In this document: piece after piece, positions 9,538 to 17,147 of the stretch
Position numbering within the stretch: the stretch's first letter is position 1
Layout: each line of letters opens with the position of its first letter
From: Bellilinea caldifistulae
Lineage (GTDB): Bacteria > Chloroflexota > Anaerolineae > Anaerolineales > Anaerolineaceae
NCBI RefSeq assembly: GCF_001306055.1
Contig: NZ_LGHJ01000012.1
Coordinates: 240,001-272,000, forward strand
Length of the DNA stretch: 32,000 nt
Direction of reading: 5' to 3'
Notes under the pieces: model-generated
The model's input: only the letters and a program-made list of their open reading frames with translations
Database searches by the model: none
Told to the model about the DNA's origin: nothing
Translations under genes and position numbers: made by a program

Positions 9538-10305
9538 TCAGGATTGCTTTTTTGCCCGAGTTGGCTTGTCAGGGCGTTTTTTGGGCGGTGAAGTAACCGC
9601 TTCGTCCTCTTTTTCCAGTACAACTCGCAGTCTGGCAGCGCTTTGCACCTGAAAGACCAGCGTTTGACCGGATAATAAACTGGCTTCGCGGCGGTCAAAA
9701 CCTTTTTTACCCACCGAAACCAGCAAGGGTTGATCGGGGCGGTATGTGGAGGGCGGCCGCTCGCCTTTGGCTTTGGCGCCTTTTTCCACCTTTCCCTGCT
9801 CCGGCAAGGGCGGCATCACCACTTTGAGCGCCATCTCAGCTTTGTTCAAGAGATCGGCAACACGGTAAACGCCGGGACGCAGAGGAGTGACCGTAAAAAA
9901 GTCACCCGCCGGAATTTGTTCAGCGTGATTCAGGAGCACCTGTTTTTCCTTGCTACCCAGCCGAATAATCCGAACCTGGAAGGTGGAAACGCCTCGTGAG
10001 CTGTAAAAACCCAGCACCCCACCGGTGTGCAGCCGCAGGTCGGCATCCTCGCGACAGCAATCCCGTTCTGTTGGATTCTTAATCGTAGAGAGATCAAGAT
10101 TGTGCTGATACGGAGCATCCCCATCCACCACCGTGACCACCAGACGAAGTGGAGTACGGTTGGTGCGGCTGATGAATACCTCGTAATCCCCCGCTTCCTG
10201 GAAGTGATGGATCAAGGTAGAAAGCACGCTGATTTGGGTGCTATCGAAAGAGCGTTGAGCGAATAACGCCCGGTTCAATGTAGCTTGTTTTTGATTACTA
10301 GTCAT
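9538..10305 (-). CDS. hypothetical protein, gene 3 of a 3-gene operon (beta-rich, basic tail)
   Basis: GGAGG lies 7 nt upstream of the ATG and inside the end of the preceding gene, with a 3-nt intergenic gap. Two beta-rich halves are joined by a Lys/Pro/Gly linker (PPLPEQGKVEKGAKAKGERPPSTYRPDQP). C-terminal basic tail SPPKKRPDKPTRAKKQS. No family recognised. Confidence 0.8.
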   Translation of the reverse strand: MTSNQKQATLNRALFAQRSFDSTQISVLSTLIHHFQEAGDYEVFISRTNRTPLRLVVTVVDGDAPYQHNLDLSTIKNPTERDCCREDADLRLHTGGVLGFYSSRGVSTFQVRIIRLGSKEKQVLLNHAEQIPAGDFFTVTPLRPGVYRVADLLNKAEMALKVVMPPLPEQGKVEKGAKAKGERPPSTYRPDQPLLVSVGKKGFDRREASLLSGQTLVFQVQSAARLRVVLEKEDEAVTSPPKKRPDKPTRAKKQS

Positions 10306-10308
10306 CGC

Positions 10309-11283
10309 TTAACCTCCAACATCCGCTTGCACGACCATTTCGACATCATCTACCCGCACAAATAGATTGCGAACCGGAACGGTCACCGCCACCAGTTCAA
10401 CTGGCGAACCGCTCAACAGCACCGAAGTACTGATTTCTTTTGCCAGTACCTCCAGCGGGTCATCCACGCGGATCAACGGCACACACGCCCCGAAGAATTC
10501 ACCCACCAGTTGAATGAGCAGGTCTCCCAACCCAAAACTGATGTTGAACAAATCGCTCAGCCACTCGTCAATTTCATCGGGGATATCCAGCAGCCAGCGG
10601 ATGAAATCGGCAATACCGCCGATGATGGCGAGAATCAAATCGCGCACCCAGCCGCCGGGCAGCAGCGCCGTCACTGCGGCGGTCAGCGCGTTTTCAATCA
10701 GGTTGCCGACAATGTCGGCAAAGTCGAACAGGTCAAGGTCAATGAAATCCGGGTTGAGGAAAATATGCCACTGATTATGGTCAGGAAAGGGATCAATGAC
10801 GCTGGCGTTCACCAGTAAATCCCTCAACAAGCCGCAGGGGTCAATCAACGGCGGCGGTATACTGGCATCGTAATAGCGCACCACCGGACGTCCGGCGACG
10901 CTCAATTCCTGCGCCACAAAAGCGGCCAGATCCGGTGAAATGGACACATCCGGGTTGGCGGAGAAGACACACCAGCGCGGCAGACAGATATCCGGGAACG
11001 GCCACGGCATATCAATACATCCGCCGCCCACGCAAATTTCGGGAATATCCAGCCCAAGGGTGAACTGAAACATATCCCAGCGCACATCCAGTTCATCCAC
11101 CAGCACCGAATTGTCGGAGCGGAAATCCACACTGCCCCCTTCCAGATGCCCCTTGACGTGATAGCCGGCGGTAAACGGGCCAAAACTGGTGCTGTCCTGT
11201 GCTTCCCAACGGATGCTATCGCGCAGCACCACAAACAAACGCTGAAAAGCACTTTCGGATACGGCAACGGTCAGGTCAGCCAT
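10309..11283 (-). CDS. hypothetical acidic Cys-containing protein, gene 2 of a 3-gene operon
   Basis: AGGAGG upstream of the ATG, with only 2 nt between the upstream stop (TAA) and the ATG. The N-terminal block DLTVAVSESAFQRLFVVLRD parallels gene 1. Contains a hydrophobic/amphipathic stretch LTAAVTALLPGGWVRDLILAIIGGIADFIRWLL. No signal peptide and no family recognised. Confidence 0.8.
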   Translation of the reverse strand: MADLTVAVSESAFQRLFVVLRDSIRWEAQDSTSFGPFTAGYHVKGHLEGGSVDFRSDNSVLVDELDVRWDMFQFTLGLDIPEICVGGGCIDMPWPFPDICLPRWCVFSANPDVSISPDLAAFVAQELSVAGRPVVRYYDASIPPPLIDPCGLLRDLLVNASVIDPFPDHNQWHIFLNPDFIDLDLFDFADIVGNLIENALTAAVTALLPGGWVRDLILAIIGGIADFIRWLLDIPDEIDEWLSDLFNISFGLGDLLIQLVGEFFGACVPLIRVDDPLEVLAKEISTSVLLSGSPVELVAVTVPVRNLFVRVDDVEMVVQADVGG

Positions 11284-11285
11284 GA

Positions 11286-12224
11286 TTATGCACCTCCTGT
11301 GATGATCAATTTCATAAATGCTTTGAGCTGATCCTCTTCAACCGCCGGGTTGTTGGGCACATCCGCCGGAACAGCAGAGGGTTGCAGCGTCACGGTCCTG
11401 CCGAGCGTCAAACCCATTTCCTGAAATTCTTTATTGACGTCCAGCACCATTTTTTCCAGCGGGATGATCAGCCGCGGCAGGATGCCCAGCTTGAGAACGG
11501 TGGTCAGGTAACATTCGATGGCGCTTTCCATGTCGTTGGGTTGCATGTCCACGATTTCCAGACCGTCCAGGCGGGTTTTGAGCCAGATTTGCTGGGAGCC
11601 GGGTACGCTACCCCACTCAAAATGTCCCACAGCAAACAGTTCCAGACAGAAGCAGATCAGCTGGCGGGTTGGCAGGGGAATGGTGCGGGGTCTTTCACGG
11701 TTATCCACTGCTGCCACGGGGGGAGTGTAGTGAGTGGAGATCCCCGGAACGCGCTCTTTGATTTCGCCGATGGCCAGTTGCTGCTGAGAAACCAGGAAAC
11801 GTTCGATGAGTGGCAGCAATTCGTCAATGATCTCCTTTGATGGACAGTCAATTCCCATACAGCCTTTCAGGCGCAGGGCAAACCGCTGAGCCGGCAGCGC
11901 CCCCAGTTCCGGCGGCAGCCCAAAAACATTGCCGGGGTGAAAATCAATCTGGGCATCGGTCAATTGCAGACAAAAGTTCAAACCAATTGGCACAGGTGCC
12001 CCCAGAATGGGCAACGGTTCCTGCTCGGTAAACAGCGGATTTTTCGCCTTCAACACCCTCTCATCCACCTCGAACTTTACGCAAAACAATCCCGCATTGT
12101 TGTGAAAAAAGGGTGTTGCGTAATTGAACAGCGAGGGACGCTGGCGCATGATGTGGCGCACCAGCCGGTTGATGCCGTCCTCATGGACGGCGCCGAACAG
12201 ATCTGAATGATCGGTAAACGGCAT
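11286..12224 (-). CDS. hypothetical protein, gene 1 of a 3-gene operon (paralogue of gene 2)
   Basis: I chose the ATG at 12224 (MPFTDHS...) because GGAGG sits 5 nt upstream; the ORF-track start at 12248 would place that SD inside the coding region. N-terminal block DLFGAVHEDGINRLVRHIMR. No signal peptide and no family recognised. Confidence 0.8.
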   Translation of the reverse strand: MPFTDHSDLFGAVHEDGINRLVRHIMRQRPSLFNYATPFFHNNAGLFCVKFEVDERVLKAKNPLFTEQEPLPILGAPVPIGLNFCLQLTDAQIDFHPGNVFGLPPELGALPAQRFALRLKGCMGIDCPSKEIIDELLPLIERFLVSQQQLAIGEIKERVPGISTHYTPPVAAVDNRERPRTIPLPTRQLICFCLELFAVGHFEWGSVPGSQQIWLKTRLDGLEIVDMQPNDMESAIECYLTTVLKLGILPRLIIPLEKMVLDVNKEFQEMGLTLGRTVTLQPSAVPADVPNNPAVEEDQLKAFMKLIITGGA

Positions 12225-12262
12225 AGGAACCTCCATTTTTCTGAACAAGGGTGGAATAGCCC

Positions 12263-12285
12263 TCTCAACTGTGAGAAAGTTGAGA
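12263..12285. promoter_or_regulatory. perfect 8-bp inverted repeat (TCTCAACT-N7-AGTTGAGA) about 40 nt upstream of the 3-gene operon start
   Basis: Read directly from the sequence. Its position between the leader hairpin and the SD of the operon suggests an operator or RNA stem. Function unknown. Confidence 0.3.
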
Positions 12286-12330
12286 TGCTCGACTTTGCTG
12301 TGGATCGGGAATGGAGCAGGGGTGGAGAAT

Positions 12331-12358
12331 CAAAACACGCGGGTTCATCCCCGCGTGT
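12331..12358 (-). terminator. GC-rich hairpin followed by TTTT on the minus strand (intrinsic-terminator-like) upstream of the 3-gene operon
   Basis: ACACGCGGG (12335-12343) pairs perfectly with CCCGCGTGT (12350-12358) around a 6-nt loop. The plus-strand AAAA at 12332-12335 reads as a U-tract on the minus strand. The tract is only 4 U, so this is a moderate call. Confidence 0.4.
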
Positions 12359-12395
12359 CTCTCGTCAATATATGGATAATAACCCAGTCGAGTTG

Positions 12396-12424
12396 TTGAC
12401 TATTTTTATCATCAATATCATAAT
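12396..12424 (+). promoter_or_regulatory. sigma70-like promoter reading rightward (TTGACT-17-CATAAT)
   Basis: -35 TTGACT at 12396-12401, exact 17-nt spacer, -10 CATAAT at 12419-12424, in an AT-rich (~33% GC) spacer. Confidence 0.4.
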
Positions 12425-12588
12425 ACTACTATCTCATGCTCATTTCAACCCCTAATTTTTGTCGGGTTTGTAACAAAAACGGTTGGCAAATTCATGACTG
12501 GTAGTGTCCGGGGTTTAAAGACCAACCATCCGCTACATGTCCAGTTTCTCAATCTGTTTTACTAAAACCCACCAGCTTTGTGACAGAC

Positions 12589-12802
12589 TCATCCATGCTC
12601 CTCTTTTGCAAAAAAGGTGAGGAAGATTTCGATCTCAGCGACAACCGTTTCTGCCGGATGACATTTGTTATGATAAAGAATATACTGCCTGACCCAGTGA
12701 AGATAGGTTTTTTTCAATGCTGTAAGGATAATGCTTCAAGCGAATGGCATCTCAAAGCTGGTCGAGAAGTTTTTTGGGTTTTGGAGAGAATGGATCGGGC
12801 AT
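12589..12802 (-). pseudogene. N-terminal stump (~70 codons) of an IntI-type / Phage_int_SAM_4 tyrosine recombinase, inactivated
   Basis: The minus-strand translation is MPDPFSPKPKKLLDQL*DAIRLKHYPYSIEK, then a frameshift in an A7 run, then TYLHWVRQYILYHNKCHPAETVVAEIEIFLTFFAKEEHG*. It matches the remembered IntI1 N-terminus [53 protein letters not shown]. The TGA at 12752-12754 replaces the conserved Arg. No catalytic domain follows. Confidence 0.7.
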
Positions 12803-12957
12803 AAAAACAGCTAAAACTTTTCCATGATTGGATATATAATCCATACAGTAATAATTCTACTCAGAGCATATCTGACAACCCGGCATCATAGCAGTATAAC
12901 CCGCTTTTTTGGTCTGGATATATGGCAAAAATGCAGTGTATCAGAAGTCCGTTAATA

Positions 12958-12964
12958 GTTAGGC
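12958..12964 (+). other. integron core-site-like heptamer GTTAGGC (GTTRRRY), candidate attI crossover point
   Basis: Exact match to GTTRRRY. It lies 155 bp upstream of the integrase-stump ATG on the opposite strand and 42 nt upstream of the helicase ATG. GTTAGGCGC is the exact reverse complement of GCGCCTAAC at 17148-17156. Confidence 0.5.
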
Positions 12965-12999
12965 GCCTCACGATGTAGGCAATCCATGGCTGGTGTTCG

Positions 13000-15900
13000 A
13001 TGACTGAACCTCAATCTGTAGACTTGAATCCGAAGATTCGCCGCACCGTCAATGCCGCGCTCGTTTTATGGACCCGCCGACTCATCGACTACTCGCGAGC
13101 CAACTCCCTCCTCTTCTACCGCGACCTCAAGGTTGGCACTCTCGACCTAACTGCGGAGACGGAGGCTGTGGACCGTCTGCTGGCAGGCGACAAACTCACA
13201 GTTGAGTCACTGGTCTCGACAGGCCGGTACGCAGAGAGCCCTGACCCCGCCGTACGTACCCAAGCCGAGGACGAGGTACGCCAGAAGGTACGGAGCGCGC
13301 TCATCTCGCTCCTGCGCAAGGCGTTGAGCAACCTCGAGGAGAAAGGCATCGAGACGCTCCACCTGGCAATGGGGATGGCTACATGGCCCGCCGACGATGG
13401 TGGGCGGCCGTACGATGCGCCCGTGCTGCTGCTACCGGCCCGAATCGAGGCACGCGGCCGGGCGGGCGACGACCTGCGACTCGCGGTTGCGGGCGAGCCA
13501 CAAATAAACCCGGTACTTCTGTATGTGCTCGAGGAGAAATACGAGATCCGCATCGACGCGTCCTCAGTGCTGAGCATGTGCGGCGGCGAAGACGAATCAG
13601 GGCAGTGTCGTATCGACCTAGAGAAAGTGTTTGAGCACATCGAACATGCGGCTACAAGCGTACCGGGCTTCAGGATAACGCAGCGTGTGGTCCTGGCTAA
13701 CTTTCAGTACGCGAAGATGGCTATGGTCGAGGATCTGAAGAGGAACGGGGACATTATAGCTTCGAGCACCATCGTTGCGGCTGTCGCCGGCCATTCGCTT
13801 TCACGACAGAAGCTGGCCCAAGCGGCGATCGATATCGCGCCAGCCCAGATCGATGACCGCCCGGCGTCCGACGACTACCTGGTGCTCGATGCGGACTCCA
13901 CGCAGCACCGCGCCATCGTGCTTGTCGGCAAAGGGCAGAACGGTGTCATACAAGGGCCACCGGGAACTGGCAAGAGCCAAACCATCTCGAATCTCATCGC
14001 TCAGAGCGTGGCCGAGGGGCGCCGCGTGCTCTTCGTCGCACAGAAGCGGGCGGCGCTGGATGCGGTCATCAAGCGGCTTAGCCATCCGGATGTGGGGCTT
14101 GGTCATCTAGTGCTCGATCTACACGGTGCATCTGTGTCGCGGAAGGAGGTGATGGCGCGGCTTGCAGATGCATTGGAGCAGATACGTATTGCGCTGCCTG
14201 CTGACGGGGTCGAGGCACTTCACCGCGAATTTGAGGTTCGGCGCAAGCAATTAAACGAACACGCACGTCGGGTAAACCAGATTCGCCAACCGACGGGACT
14301 TTCTGTGAACCAGATGGTTGGCAGACTGCTCCGCCTGCCGGCAGCGGCGAAGTCCACGCTTCGACTCCGTGGACAGACACTGGCCGCGCTCACGGCTGAG
14401 CGCGCAAGCGAGGTAAAGCAGTGGATCCAACAGGCTGCTGCCAACCCGACTCTCTTCCTCGGCACAGATCCCTCGTCGTGGAACAACGCGGATATAAGGG
14501 ACGGTCGCGGCGCACAGGAAGCCCTAGACCTGGCCACCAAAGCAGCCAACGAGCTCTGGCCTGAGTTCGAGCGGCTTCTCGAACAGGTAGTGAACCAGCT
14601 TGGCGTCCGGCCACCGAATACGCTCAGTGAGGTTGCTGTGTTCCTGTCCCTTCTCCGTGATGCGGGAAGCATTCGCCAGCAGTACAGTGCCGAGTTTTTC
14701 TCATCAAAGCCTGGCGAGTTGGGGACGGCACTCCAGCCCGCGGCGGCCGGATGGGTCACCCGCGCCTGGGCGTTCCTGAGCAACCCGGTGTACCGCGCTG
14801 CGCGCAAACGCCTGCTCGCATTGCGCACGGAACCGGCACCGGTCGCAACGTTGCGAGAAGAGGCGTTACGAGCCGAGGATATCCTCCGCCGTTGGCAGAC
14901 CCTTGCCCCAACCTCGGCCGTGCCTGTTCGGGCGGATGCTGAAATGGAACTAAGTGCTGCGTTCAACGCCCTTGACGAGGTGACAAAGAAACTTGGGGCC
15001 ATGACGGAAGCAGGGCCGTTTGACGGCATGCAGCTTTCGTCGGCGGGCTCACGGTTGCGGGCGCTCGCAGACGACCGACAGACCCCGTTCCGCTTACCAA
15101 GCATCTACGATCTTCGATCGCTGTTCAGCAAGGCGAATCTCGTCGGTTTTATTGATGATCTCCGCAAGCACGGTGTTGCTGCCGAGCACTGGTCGGCGCG
15201 ATTCGAGTACATCTGGCTTTACTCGGCGCTGGAGCAAGCGTTGGCATCCGATCCATCTCTTGCTTCATTCAACGGCCGAGCACACGAACAGGTCATCGAG
15301 GAGTTCAAGCGTTTGGATCATGAACGCATCCGCCTCGCTGCCCAGCGCGTGCGCAGAGTCCACGCCGAGCGAGCGATCGAGGCGATGAACCGCCACTTCG
15401 ATCAGGCAGATCTGGTTCGGAGAGAGGCTGCCAAGAAGTCACGACACATTCCGCTGCGCGAATTGTTGGCCCGCGCGCCTGATGTTCTCACTGGGATCGC
15501 ACCTTGCTGGGTCGCAAGCCCACTTTCGGTTAGCCAACTGCTGGATGGCAGCAAGAGGCACTTCGACCTCGTCATCTTCGACGAGGCAAGTCAGATCCTT
15601 CAAGAGGAGGCGATCCCCGCGCTCTACCGCGCGGAGCAAGTGGTTGTTGCCGGTGATCGGCACCAATTGCCTCCCACGACGTTCTTTGTGACAGCTGTCG
15701 AGGGCGAGGACGAAAGCCTCGATGACAATGAGACGGACCAGCCTGTCGCCGCGATTGGTGGGTTTGAGAGCTTGCTCGACACGCTGGAAGCCTTCCTGCC
15801 GAACTGGCTCTTGGAGTGGCACTACCGTAGCGAGGACGAGCGGCTCATCACTTTCAGCAACACCCATGTGTACACGGGGCGCCTCGTAACCTTTCCGGGC

Positions 15901-17106
15901 GCGCGTGGTCAGGAGGCAATTCGGCACATTCTTGTACCGCACGACCCCGCGTTAGGTGGACAGGAGGAAAGTGCATCGCGGGAAGTCGAGGAGGTTGTGA
16001 GTCAGGCGATTCTGCACGCGGAAACGCGGCCACACGAGTCCCTCGGTGTCATCACTATGGGCATCAAGCACGCAAACCGCATACAGGCTGCTCTAGACCG
16101 CGCCCTCGACCTCCGGCCCGATCTGTCGGATTTCTTCTCACTGGACCGCGAAGAGCGTTTCTTTGTCAAGAACCTAGAGACCGTGCAGGGCGATGAGCGT
16201 GATGCCATCATCTTGTCGATCGGCTATGGCAAAACGGCAAATGGCGATCTGCCACACCGCTTTGGTCCGCTCACGCAGGACGTCGGTTACCGCCGCCTGA
16301 ACGTGGCCATCACTCGGGCGAGGCGCCGGATGTGCGTCATAAGTTCCTTTTCGCACGATGAGATCGATCTGAATCGCTCCGGGAGTCGGGGCGTACAACT
16401 GCTCAAAGCGTATCTGCAGTACGCTGCTAGTGGAGGCACGCGTCTGCCTGAGGACGAGAGCGCGGGAGAAGTTAGTCTCAATGCATTTGAGGCCGATGTC
16501 CGCGACGCTTTGGAGGCTCAGGGCGTCAAGACGCGACCACAGTTTGGCGCGTCTCGCTATCGCATTGATCTGGTCGCCATGCATCCAAAGAAGCCGGGTC
16601 GGCCGGTTCTCGCGATCGAATGCGATGGGGCATCTTATCATTCGAGCGCCACTGCGCGGGACCGCGATCGACTTAGGCAAGCCCATCTCCAGCGGCTGGG
16701 CTGGCGATTCCACCGCATCTGGTCGACCGACTGGTTCTACCACCGCGAGCAAGAGATTGAGCGCGCAATTGCGGCATACGAGGAGGCTGTTCGCTGGGCG
16801 GATTTATCGGACGCCGGTGGCCGCACCCCGCAAGCTGTGGGCAGTACTCAGCCCATGAGGCAGGCTCAGCAGCAACCAACCGGGCGGCAGCGGGGACCAC
16901 GGCCGCCCGTGCCGGTGCGCGAGACAATCGACCAATACAGCAACCGCGAATTGCGGCAGATCGCCGCGTGGGTCACATCCGACGGTTTGCTACGTACGGA
17001 CGAGGAACTCATCCGCGAGATTTTTGAGGCACTGCCATTTGAGCGGCTAGGCAGCAGAATAAGAGAGCGCCTTAAGACAGTCGTGAAGGCCGTGCGACGG
17101 CATTAG
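13000..17106 (+). CDS. SF1 (Upf1/Dna2-like) helicase fused to a Vsr/DUF559-like PD-(D/E)xK nuclease domain and a DUF3320-type C-terminal tail (DUF4011-family architecture)
   Basis: Walker A GPPGTGKSQT (nt 13954-13983). Motif II LVIFDEASQ (DEASQ at nt 15580-15594). Motif III VVAGDRHQLPPT. Also WHYRSEDERLITFSN, TVQGDERDAIILS and motif VI RRLNVAITRARRRMCVI. Nuclease-like block RYRIDLVAM...VLAIECDGASYHSS...RLGWRFHRIWSTDW (about nt 16477-16749). C-terminal DQYSNRELRQIAAWVTSDGLLRTDEELIREIFEAL. About 530 aa are inserted between Walker A and motif II, as in DUF4011 helicases. Confidence 0.9.
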   Translation: MTEPQSVDLNPKIRRTVNAALVLWTRRLIDYSRANSLLFYRDLKVGTLDLTAETEAVDRLLAGDKLTVESLVSTGRYAESPDPAVRTQAEDEVRQKVRSALISLLRKALSNLEEKGIETLHLAMGMATWPADDGGRPYDAPVLLLPARIEARGRAGDDLRLAVAGEPQINPVLLYVLEEKYEIRIDASSVLSMCGGEDESGQCRIDLEKVFEHIEHAATSVPGFRITQRVVLANFQYAKMAMVEDLKRNGDIIASSTIVAAVAGHSLSRQKLAQAAIDIAPAQIDDRPASDDYLVLDADSTQHRAIVLVGKGQNGVIQGPPGTGKSQTISNLIAQSVAEGRRVLFVAQKRAALDAVIKRLSHPDVGLGHLVLDLHGASVSRKEVMARLADALEQIRIALPADGVEALHREFEVRRKQLNEHARRVNQIRQPTGLSVNQMVGRLLRLPAAAKSTLRLRGQTLAALTAERASEVKQWIQQAAANPTLFLGTDPSSWNNADIRDGRGAQEALDLATKAANELWPEFERLLEQVVNQLGVRPPNTLSEVAVFLSLLRDAGSIRQQYSAEFFSSKPGELGTALQPAAAGWVTRAWAFLSNPVYRAARKRLLALRTEPAPVATLREEALRAEDILRRWQTLAPTSAVPVRADAEMELSAAFNALDEVTKKLGAMTEAGPFDGMQLSSAGSRLRALADDRQTPFRLPSIYDLRSLFSKANLVGFIDDLRKHGVAAEHWSARFEYIWLYSALEQALASDPSLASFNGRAHEQVIEEFKRLDHERIRLAAQRVRRVHAERAIEAMNRHFDQADLVRREAAKKSRHIPLRELLARAPDVLTGIAPCWVASPLSVSQLLDGSKRHFDLVIFDEASQILQEEAIPALYRAEQVVVAGDRHQLPPTTFFVTAVEGEDESLDDNETDQPVAAIGGFESLLDTLEAFLPNWLLEWHYRSEDERLITFSNTHVYTGRLVTFPGARGQEAIRHILVPHDPALGGQEESASREVEEVVSQAILHAETRPHESLGVITMGIKHANRIQAALDRALDLRPDLSDFFSLDREERFFVKNLETVQGDERDAIILSIGYGKTANGDLPHRFGPLTQDVGYRRLNVAITRARRRMCVISSFSHDEIDLNRSGSRGVQLLKAYLQYAASGGTRLPEDESAGEVSLNAFEADVRDALEAQGVKTRPQFGASRYRIDLVAMHPKKPGRPVLAIECDGASYHSSATARDRDRLRQAHLQRLGWRFHRIWSTDWFYHREQEIERAIAAYEEAVRWADLSDAGGRTPQAVGSTQPMRQAQQQPTGRQRGPRPPVPVRETIDQYSNRELRQIAAWVTSDGLLRTDEELIREIFEALPFERLGSRIRERLKTVVKAVRRH

Positions 17107-17147
17107 AGAACTGGGAGTGTACCATGATGAGCACGGATACACGCCTA

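Noticed and set aside
12580-12804. 74-aa + strand ORF in the AT-rich spacer
   Set aside because: It is the antisense of the integrase stump. The minus strand carries the recognisable (though broken) IntI-like sequence, and the + strand product has no features or SD.
12803-12957. A complete attC (rather than attI) immediately upstream of the helicase cassette
   Set aside because: No RYYYAAC inverse core occurs in the 155 bp left of GTTAGGC; the nearest candidates, GTATAAC and TGACAAC, violate the consensus. An attI-type site is therefore the better reading.
14220-15104. 294-aa minus-strand ORF, plus other 60-190-aa ORFs inside 13000-17106
   Set aside because: They are antisense or off-frame to the helicase gene, whose conserved SF1 motifs fix the true frame. 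They are Arg/Ser/Ala-rich shadow ORFs.
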